Source: an uncultured Planctomycetaceae bacterium (GTDB lineage Bacteria > Planctomycetota > Planctomycetia > Planctomycetales > Planctomycetaceae). From it: a DNA stretch of 64,000 nucleotides. Below the pieces are notes generated by a model. The model was not told where the DNA came from. It worked only from the letters and a program-made list of their open reading frames with translations, and made no database searches. Where the stretch lies: assembly GCA_963976765.1 (NCBI GenBank), contig CAXBME010000003.1:310001-374000 (forward strand), in the 5' to 3' direction. Positions 51,320-59,700 of the stretch are shown piece after piece. A program made the translations under genes and the position numbers. Each line of letters starts with the position of its first letter. Position 1 is the stretch's first letter.

Positions 51320-53089
51320 TTATTTGCTTGTCATATGAATGACACCGTCCCAGTCTGGGGGCGGTGCATTGTTGCTGGCGGTGATAAAGTCCGTCACAAA
51401 TTCTCTGGTCTTGTCTTCAGCTGGCATCCTGCTGAAAAGTTCGACCGATTCCTGCCAGTTTCCACCGATAAACGCGTTAACGGCCTTCTCATACAAAGCG
51501 ATTGAATCGTTGCTGATTGTGTTGTCCATCGCCGACGGAGGCAGAAGTTCGAACACGGTCATGTCCGTTTTCATACCGACTGGTCTGACCCGGGCGAGCT
51601 TTCGACAGCGGAGGTCGTCCGTGCCGAGTTTCTCGACAAAACTGGCAGTCACTTCATCAATGACGATGGACGCTTTCAGTTGCTTGCTCATCGTTTCGAG
51701 GCGTGCGCCCATGTTGACGACAGGCCCGAACGCGCCAACCTTGATCTGCTCAGTCGTTCCGATGCGACCGGCGATGGCAGGGCCGTGAGAGATTCCCACC
51801 CCAACCGTAAACCCACAGAGCGGGCTGCCCGGATTGGACCTCGCAGCTCGAAATGCCTGGTGAATATGAATCGCTGCTCGGCACGCGGCGATGGGGCCTT
51901 CTTCGTTGTCGCCGGGCCAGCCCCAGAAACCAAGCGCGGCATCGCCCTGAAAGTCAGCAATGACTCCGTCGTATCGAATAATTCCGGCGGTCATCACCCC
52001 CAGCGCTTCGCTGACGCGATCAAGTAATTCACGCAGGTTGTCTTTCGCCTCTTCCGACTTCTTCGAGAACCCGCGAACGTCGCAGAACAGAACGGTGATG
52101 TCCTTTTCACGCGGCTCAAGAATGTCCTGAGTCCCTGCCGTGCGGATGGCCTCGATTACGGCCGGGGAGAAAAATTGAGCGAGCCCAGCCTGTTGAGACT
52201 CCAGCGTTTTCACCTGGCGGATCGAGCCAATGAGGTCGCTGATCAGTTCGGTAAAGCGGAGATCCCCCTTGAGGTCAGTCTCGCCGATGGCCGACGCCCC
52301 AGGCGCACCAAACTGGCCTGAAACATACAGCGCCCAGCCTTTTGAGTGCTCACCTTTGAGCGGAATACAGAAGGCCCAGTCGAGATTTCCGGTCACTGTA
52401 AACGCGGGATTGGAATCGTCAGTGTCCTGCCAGATGTGGAGGATACCTTCGGCCCGATCGATCGCTGCCGCTATGAGTCGGCGACTTGGACTGAATCGAC
52501 CGATATCATCTCGTCGGCTGTCCCACTGCATCATGATCGGGTCGTCGTCAACGGTCATGTCTGGCGGGTAGCGAACGCAGGCTGCCGCCTGCGCATGCGG
52601 CATGGCGTCAAGCATCACCTTAATGGCAGCCTGAGCGAGTTCTTTATCCGTACGCGTTGCCGAAATGGCTTCAGGCAGTTTGGCGAGAACGTCCAGCCGC
52701 TCTTCGGCATTCTGAAACTTGAACTGCTTCAACTGGTCCGGGCCGAATGACTGTTCCTCAAGATGCGAGGCCGACAGTCCATCGTCCATCCCGACAGAGA
52801 TCAGCTGAAACATCGTCTGGCCGATCCGAAAACTCTGGCCGGGTGAGAGGTTGAACTCGCGAGTATCGACTTCGTTCAGGTAGACCGGGTTACGAGCGGC
52901 GTCGAGCCTCTTCACACCGATCGACTGTCCCTTCAGAACGATCTCGCAATGCTCGCGCGAAATCAGCAGATCCCAGGGAACCGCCCACCCGCTGCGAGGT
53001 GCTCTTCCGATGCGAATAACTTCACCGGCAGGAATCTCACGTCTCCATTGCTGGTTGGCTTCGACGCCGTTAACCATCAATTCCAACAT
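51320..53089 (-). CDS. FHA-GAF-like-class III nucleotide cyclase
   Basis: FHA: IGR...ISREH...N. Cyclase: VLFCDVRGFS, FQGDA, GVGISHG, VNMGARLE. C-terminal PPPDWDG. Confidence 0.92.
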   Translation of the reverse strand: MLELMVNGVEANQQWRREIPAGEVIRIGRAPRSGWAVPWDLLISREHCEIVLKGQSIGVKRLDAARNPVYLNEVDTREFNLSPGQSFRIGQTMFQLISVGMDDGLSASHLEEQSFGPDQLKQFKFQNAEERLDVLAKLPEAISATRTDKELAQAAIKVMLDAMPHAQAAACVRYPPDMTVDDDPIMMQWDSRRDDIGRFSPSRRLIAAAIDRAEGILHIWQDTDDSNPAFTVTGNLDWAFCIPLKGEHSKGWALYVSGQFGAPGASAIGETDLKGDLRFTELISDLIGSIRQVKTLESQQAGLAQFFSPAVIEAIRTAGTQDILEPREKDITVLFCDVRGFSKKSEEAKDNLRELLDRVSEALGVMTAGIIRYDGVIADFQGDAALGFWGWPGDNEEGPIAACRAAIHIHQAFRAARSNPGSPLCGFTVGVGISHGPAIAGRIGTTEQIKVGAFGPVVNMGARLETMSKQLKASIVIDEVTASFVEKLGTDDLRCRKLARVRPVGMKTDMTVFELLPPSAMDNTISNDSIALYEKAVNAFIGGNWQESVELFSRMPAEDKTREFVTDFITASNNAPPPDWDGVIHMTSK

Positions 53090-53968
53090 CTGAGAGGAGT
53101 CCCCGCTGTATCATTAAGGATTCTGGCCCGGAAGCAGACGTAAACAATGGCAATTCAAACAGAACGCCGCAGCGTTTCGACAGACAGTAATACCAGCCAG
53201 GCATCCGGCAATCGTGACGTCGGCACTTGAGAATCGCACCATTGGTCCATCAAATTCGAAATGGATCGATGAAAGATGATACTTCGAACTTTCCAGAGAG
53301 GCACGTTGCTCCCGCAAACAACCACAATCTGATGGCCTGAATTTTCGTAACGATCCTTCTGCAATGAATTTGGGGTGACAGCGATCGTACCTCAAGTCGC
53401 CAAACCCCATCAAGAACAGAAGTTTCTGCTGATGGACAGTCGGCAACCGCAAAAATTTACTGCCCGGCTCATCTGCAAGCCTGTCACGGCCCTCTTCGGT
53501 TGATCCCTAACCGCCCGATTATCCGGAACGTTTGCCGTATCCAACAACTTCGACTGATCCCCCACGTTCGCCCCATTCGGAAACTTTTCGTAACCGGGAA
53601 AGATTCTCAACAGTTCCTTCCGATACTAATCAGCGTGGGACCGTATCTGGTCCTCAGGCTGTAAGTGCGTTTCGGCGACCGCTGGGTATCAACACACAGC
53701 AGCAGTAGCGGTCATCGTGGCGACATCAGGTTTGGGGGCGTGGTTTCTTCGGCGGGTTTTCGGACGTCGGTGCTTCATCGTAGGAAGCTCGGTGTTCTCC
53801 ATGAATTCTGGCTGACACTCCACAGGTCGGTGAATGTTCCAACACCGATTCCACAAGGCGATTTCACAACTCAACATCGTTCGTCCGACTTCCCCTGTCG
53901 GACCAATGGATCCGATGTGCATGGAGGTGATGCATCTCGTCTCATCGATTGACTGAGGGTCCTTACCA

Positions 53969-54325
53969 ATGACTTTTGACAATGTTTCTGCGACCACCGA
54001 ACTAATCACGGATCGGCGGTCGGCAAGCCGGCGCATTTCCAAACGATCCGTAGCAACCGCTATGGATGTTGAACTGGATTCGTCGGGCGAAGAAGAACGA
54101 CGCGAACCGCTGCCCGAACGCCGCACCAAGGTGGAACGGCGACGGCAGATTGACCCAACCACCTGCGAGCGTGACTACGGCGATGCCGAAGTTGAGTTCA
54201 TGGGAGCTATGGACAATTACAAGCGTCGAAGCGGTCGGCAGTTTCCGACGTGGAGCGAAGTGCTGGAGGTACTTCATAGCCTCGGTTACCGAAAGGTGGC
54301 GGAACCTTCCGAAATCGAACTCTAA
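53969..54325 (+). CDS. Conserved hypothetical protein
   Basis: Arg-rich ERR repeats, then [12 protein letters not shown]...[26 protein letters not shown]; followed by a terminator. Confidence 0.75.
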   Translation: MTFDNVSATTELITDRRSASRRISKRSVATAMDVELDSSGEEERREPLPERRTKVERRRQIDPTTCERDYGDAEVEFMGAMDNYKRRSGRQFPTWSEVLEVLHSLGYRKVAEPSEIEL

Positions 54326-54356
54326 GACAGAGTTCAAAAAGCGAATTACGGAGACG

Positions 54357-54385
54357 GGGGCGGTGAGGCCACACCGCCCCTTTCT
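54357..54385 (+). terminator. Rho-independent terminator between convergent genes
   Basis: GGGGCGGTG-loop-CACCGCCCC followed by TTTCT. Confidence 0.65.
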
Positions 54386-54415
54386 GCGTATTCACTCAGT
54401 TCTTGCGATGTGGTC

Positions 54416-55921
54416 TCAGCGAGCCACGAGCGTGATCGCTCGTCGAGTGATCTCCTGCCCGCCGCTGCGAACGACCAGGAAATACTGACCGGGCAACAGC
54501 GATTCCGGCAGCACAAACGCGTAGCTGACGCGGAGCATGCTGCGGTCCGCAACCTGGCCGACTCGGTCAATGATCCGGCCATCGCCATCGTGGAGGTTGC
54601 ATTCAATCCACATGTCCTCGTGCGGCGGATTCAGCGTGCATTGAGCGACGATCGGCTCACCATGACGGAAGACCTCTTTGCGGTCCATCAGCACGTCGCC
54701 CAGCATGTCTGAGCCGATACTGAAGGAAAGATACTTGTCTGATTCGCGGATCCGCTCCGACTGACGAAGCATCGGAACGACCGTCGCTGGATCAAGTTCC
54801 TTCAGCGGCCACGCACCTTCAGCTCTTCGGGTTCCCATTGGATCAAGCTGGTATTCCACGCCGACTCCGCCAAACGTTACCAGCAGCACGACGACACCGA
54901 ACACAAGCGACGCCTGTCGCGAGCTGACTTCCGGAATCGCCTGACCAATTGATTCGCTGATCGATCGAAGCTTTGCAAACAGCCGACTGCCCCGCTGTTC
55001 AAGCCGTTTGAAGAACTCAGCGAACTTCTGCACGTCTTCTTCGTAAAGAAACGAAGCGTAGATTGAGAAGCAGACCAGCGGAAAAATATAAAGCCCCAGC
55101 AGAAACGTTGTCCCAATATGAAATGCAAAACCGAGGCCAATCATCAGGATTCGGTTCCAGCCTCGCCAGGCGATAAAGACGAAGAGCACTTCCCACAGAA
55201 TCGTGAGATAAGCCGAGACGACCAGCGTGGCCGGGTAGTACGACAGGTATTCTCCGAGCGGGTTTGAGTTGTTCACGTTGGTCAGCAGCCAGTGCAGCAT
55301 CTGATCGCTGCTGAAGAACGCCGGAGTGTGCATCTTGGTGAAAGCCGCACCAAGATAGACGATGCCAATCATGAGCTGCATCAGCCGCCTCGGCCACACA
55401 GCGTAACATTGAGGCCTCAATAGCTCGGGATCTTCCGCGCCGCTTCGCCGAAGTGATCGCCGCTTCAGAAAACTGTCGATCGACCAGACGGAACCGCAGT
55501 TCGACAGCGAAAGTATCAACAGTCCATGCGCAGCGATGGCCGAATACTTCGTCAGCGTCGACAGGCAGTCCAGCAGGTTCAAATACGTGTAAAGCACCAG
55601 TGAGACGCACAGTGAAATGCGCGTGCACCAGCCGAGGCTTGACGTCAGCAGCGTCAGAACAAGCAGCGTTGCCAGCGCGACGGCCATTGGCCCGCTGGGA
55701 ACCGGCAGAAAGTCAAAGTAGCCATAGTTGTCAGCAAGGGGCGCCGCAGCACCGTCGAGTGAAAACAACTCACGAGCGTGGAACCAGCGCGGCACCATGA
55801 CCAGCAGCAGGACCACCGGCAGCAGCATCCGAACGACGGCCATTCCGTACGGAACCTCTTCGGCAAAGAAGAAGTCTGTCAGCGAATTCTTTTTCTCGGC
55901 GGGGGAGTGTTGATCACTCAT
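54416..55921 (-). CDS. HTTM-domain (vitamin K-dependent carboxylase-like/SdpB-like) membrane protein with a C-terminal soluble domain
   Basis: LGWCTR, WSID, RRLMQLMIGIVYLGAAFTK, TILWE, FHIGT. Confidence 0.85.
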   Translation of the reverse strand: MSDQHSPAEKKNSLTDFFFAEEVPYGMAVVRMLLPVVLLLVMVPRWFHARELFSLDGAAAPLADNYGYFDFLPVPSGPMAVALATLLVLTLLTSSLGWCTRISLCVSLVLYTYLNLLDCLSTLTKYSAIAAHGLLILSLSNCGSVWSIDSFLKRRSLRRSGAEDPELLRPQCYAVWPRRLMQLMIGIVYLGAAFTKMHTPAFFSSDQMLHWLLTNVNNSNPLGEYLSYYPATLVVSAYLTILWEVLFVFIAWRGWNRILMIGLGFAFHIGTTFLLGLYIFPLVCFSIYASFLYEEDVQKFAEFFKRLEQRGSRLFAKLRSISESIGQAIPEVSSRQASLVFGVVVLLVTFGGVGVEYQLDPMGTRRAEGAWPLKELDPATVVPMLRQSERIRESDKYLSFSIGSDMLGDVLMDRKEVFRHGEPIVAQCTLNPPHEDMWIECNLHDGDGRIIDRVGQVADRSMLRVSYAFVLPESLLPGQYFLVVRSGGQEITRRAITLVAR

Positions 55922-55990
55922 GCCCGTTCTCCAGTCTTTGGAATGCTCGTTGAAACTGCTTGTCGACACCGCAACGCAATTCAGGCAGTG

Positions 55991-56620
55991 CTATCGGGCG
56001 AGCGCCGGCCTCGCTCCCGTATCCGAAACCTGCACCTGCGACTGCATCTCCAGGAACGGACGCCCGCGATTGGAATCAGCGGCCAGCCGGGGATTGTCCG
56101 ACAGGCACAGCCTGGCCTGATAATCAAACCACGCCAGATTGGTGGCCTGAGCCATGCCGTCCGGACCGAGGATCTTTCGAACATGGAAGTACGAATGCGG
56201 ATTCTTCGGTTCGGTGTACCGTTCGGCCCAGAGATTGTCCGGCAGGTTGAACTTCTTCGCCCACGTTTCCTGAACGACGAAGATCTGCTGAATCGGCTCG
56301 TGATCTGTGTACCGCAGCGTGTTCAACGCCAGATTGCCGGCGTGCGACGCGAACGGGTCGTAGTGGTGCCGCGCGATGTCGCCAAACGGTCGGTAGTCGC
56401 CCCACGGAGCCGGAGCCAGGTCGTAGTACCGACCGCTTTCACCCTGAGCGATGATGTGCGTACGATCTTCGTACGCCGACCAGCCGCAGAACATGTCCCA
56501 CACGATGAAATACATGGTCGGGTGGGCACCGGTTCGGTAATTCAACGCGTGTGACCCCAGACCGGCCACCAGCACGCCGAGGTACGCGACGATCGTTCCG
56601 ACCGCGAGTATTCGTTTCAT
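55991..56620 (-). CDS. Membrane-anchored HTTM-partner protein (SdpA/DUF5819-like, tentative)
   Basis: N-terminal TM helix and WDMF motif; co-oriented directly upstream of the HTTM gene. Confidence 0.6.
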   Translation of the reverse strand: MKRILAVGTIVAYLGVLVAGLGSHALNYRTGAHPTMYFIVWDMFCGWSAYEDRTHIIAQGESGRYYDLAPAPWGDYRPFGDIARHHYDPFASHAGNLALNTLRYTDHEPIQQIFVVQETWAKKFNLPDNLWAERYTEPKNPHSYFHVRKILGPDGMAQATNLAWFDYQARLCLSDNPRLAADSNRGRPFLEMQSQVQVSDTGARPALAR

Positions 56621-56749
56621 TCCGTCACTCCTTTGACGCTCTAAACCGAGAAGTCGCGAGACTATGCGACAGCTCAGAAAACAGGTCAAGATGTGATTGA
56701 GGCGGCAGGCGGCCAGGAACGATCACGCCATCAGGCCTGACAGCGTCTC

Positions 56750-59700
56750 TCAGCGGGTGGCTTCCCAGGCTCCGGCGAGGGTGTCCTTGAACTTTTCGGG
56801 GACAGACACAGCGGGGCGTTTTCCATTGGGATCCGCGAGGACGACCAGGTGGGGACGCAGCCAGGGAGCCGCACCGTCGAGAGTGGTCAGGAAGGCGTCG
56901 GGATCGTCGGCTCCGGCGGAGGCCAGAGCGTCGGACAGAGAAAGCTGCTGCTGCCTGGCCGTCAGCGCCAGCCCGGCCAGTTGCAGCACCAGGTCCGGCG
57001 GCAGCGACGGAGCCCCCGCCCGCTCCTGAGCCTCGGCATACGCCGCGTTCGCACGTGCCCGCCACTCGGCCGACGACGACGCATCGCCGCGGGCTTCAGC
57101 GATGCCGGCGAGGAGGTTGAGCGTCTGGTACGTGGTCGGGTCTCTCAACTGCTCGCGGAGGTCGAGGGCGGTGCGGGCATGGTGTTCGGCTTCGTCCAGC
57201 AGTTCGTGGCCGGGGCTGCCCGGCTCGATGACGGGGCCTGGGCTTCCAGCCAGTGATACCGGCTCGTCCGAGCCAGTGGCTCCACTGTCCGGACTCGGGC
57301 TGGAAGCCCGAGCCACGGCCAGCAGCCGCAGCCGGCCCGCCAGGTTGTTGTGGCTGATAGCGATGTTCGCCGGATGGCCGAGCTGCTGCTGGATGGCCAG
57401 GGACTCGCGTTCTTCGGAGATAGTCTGGTTCAGCAGCGTCTGTCGCACGTGCCGGTCAGTGGCGGTCTGGGCCTGATTCGACAGCAGGATCGCGCGATTG
57501 CTGCGGGCCGCCGCCTGCCCCTGCAGGTCACCAAGCTGTACGGCCAGTTCCAATGACCGCTCGTACCAGGCCAGCGCGGCCTCGGCGTGACCACGATTCT
57601 TATCCGCGTTGCCGAGAGAATTGAGCACCTGCATCTGTCCGGCTGTGTCACTGGCACGGGTGAAGGCGTCCAGAGCCTGGCGGAGGGCAGGGACGGCCTC
57701 GTCGGGGCGCTTCCGGTCCAGGTGCATGACGCCCAGCCCCTGCCACAGGATGCCTTCCGCCTCATCGTCACCAGCAGCGCGGGCAGCAGTCAGAGCCTCG
57801 TCATAACGCTGTTCAGCCTGCGTGTACTCGCCCTGCCGCTGCAGAATTTGAGCGATCCGGCCCAGGCCGCGGGCGACGGCGGAGTTGTCCTTCCGCTGGC
57901 GATCGAGCGTCAGACCCTGTTCCGCGACGGCGAGGGCTTCATCGAACCGGCCGAGATCAACGTAGGCGTTCGCCAGATCGCCCAGCGTGGCGGCGCGGTT
58001 GGTGGTGTCTCCGTTGTCGAAGCCGGTCGCTTCAAGCTCGGCGAACAGGTCGGCGGCGGCCTGTAGCGGAGCGATGGCCTGAGACGGGTGATGTTCGAAG
58101 TTGTAGTGAATCCGACCGAGGATCGCATTAGCGCTGGCTCGCTCGAAGTGGGTGTCCCAGTGCTGGACGCGGTCAAGGCGACGCAGCAGGCGGGTGAGAT
58201 CCTCGGCAGCAGCGGTGGCCTGCGTGCGGGCTCGCGACATCGCTGCCTCGCGGATCAGGTTCGATTCGATTTCTGTCAGCGTTTCAGCTTCCGGCGAGCG
58301 GGGCACGTAAGTACCCTGATTTCTGGCGTCGACTCCCTGCGAATCGGGAGATTGACCTCCCCCGCTCGCCGCTGAGTCCGGGCCTGTCATGTGCCGGGCC
58401 AGGTCCGTCATCAGGTCGGCGCCTTCGCTGCCTCGCCCGGTGAGTTCGAGAAACAGCTTGAGCGAACTCGCCAAGCCCACGGCCTGTTCGAGCTGGCCGC
58501 GCGTGACCGCCAGCGCGATGGCTCGCCGGATAACGACCTCACAGCCGCCGAGCAGACCTAACGCAACCTTCGAATCCGGCGTGCGGACCATCTGGTCGAA
58601 CGCGCCGCAGAGATTCCAGGCAGCATCGAGGAAGCGGTCATGGAGGGGAGCTTGTTCCAGCCTACTGGTGTAAACATCCAGCACGGGGTGAGGGCGGATC
58701 CACGGGTCGTCCACGCGGATCAGTCCCAGACGTTCGAACTCGGCCCTCGCCGTTTGCCAGGCGGTGTCGTCCAGGCCGGTGACATCTTGCGCCATCTTGT
58801 CGATGCAGCCACCGGAGAGCAGAGCGATGGCGGGCAGGACTTCGCGTGAGGCGTCGGTCAGGTGACGGATCGAGAACTCCAGCGAGTAACCGATGCTGCG
58901 GTTCCGGCCTTCGTGATGATTCTGCTCGGACGACGCCAGCAGCTTGCCCAGATCGTCGATCACTGTCTGCGGCCCCAGCGCCTTCACGTGCGGCGTCAAC
59001 AGTTCCAGAGCCAACGGATGCCCGAGAGCTCCCTGCACGATCGGTCGCAGCACGTCCGCCGTCCAGCCGCGTTTCTCCCGCTCGGACCTCGGCACGCCCA
59101 GCTTGTCGAGATACCCGACCAGCAGCATCAGCCCTTCTTCAATCAGCAGCTCCCCCAGCGCAAACGACCGCGCCGTCAGACCGGACGAGTCCAACCCCAC
59201 CTCCGGATCCCGACAAGTCACCAGCAGCCGGGTTTTGCCTCGCGTCCACGCGTCGGCAAGTTTCGCGAACTCGGCAAGCCGCGTTTGAATGTGCTCGTCG
59301 TCGGGCCGGTTCCCGCCTGCCGTGCTGCCGTCCGGCGATTCACCGTCGTTTGGTGCCGATTCGGAATCTGAGTGGATCGTCTGCGATCGGTGAGAACCGG
59401 TCCTACGATCACCGTCGCCCGCCAGGACTGTCGGCACGCCGAGCGCTCGCAGAAGCTGCTTCAGGCCAGCGGCGTACTCGATGGTGAAATCGGCGAAGGC
59501 GCGATCGGCCAGCAGCGGCGGCAGCTCACAGTCGTCAGCTTTCAGCGGCAGGATCAGCTTGCGGCCGGATTTGGCTTCCTCATTGATCCGGCTCTGCCAT
59601 TCCTTCTCGACCCAGCCATGCTCGACGCTCTGCCGAGTCAGCAGCACGGCCACGAAATCGGACTCCCGCAGCCCTGCCTGAATCCGCTGCGTGATTGAAT

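Noticed and set aside
50491..53089. Cyclase + MBL hydrolase as a Pycsar/CBASS defence system
   Set aside because: The FHA-GAF regulatory architecture, the absence of a cNMP-binding TM/TIR effector and the linkage to murG fit signalling better. Substrate specificity remains open.
53598..53632. Possible sigma-28/ECF-like promoter (AAAG...CCGATAC; similar TACTAA at ~21615 and ~28482)
   Set aside because: Too short and degenerate to support without a PWM or TSS data.
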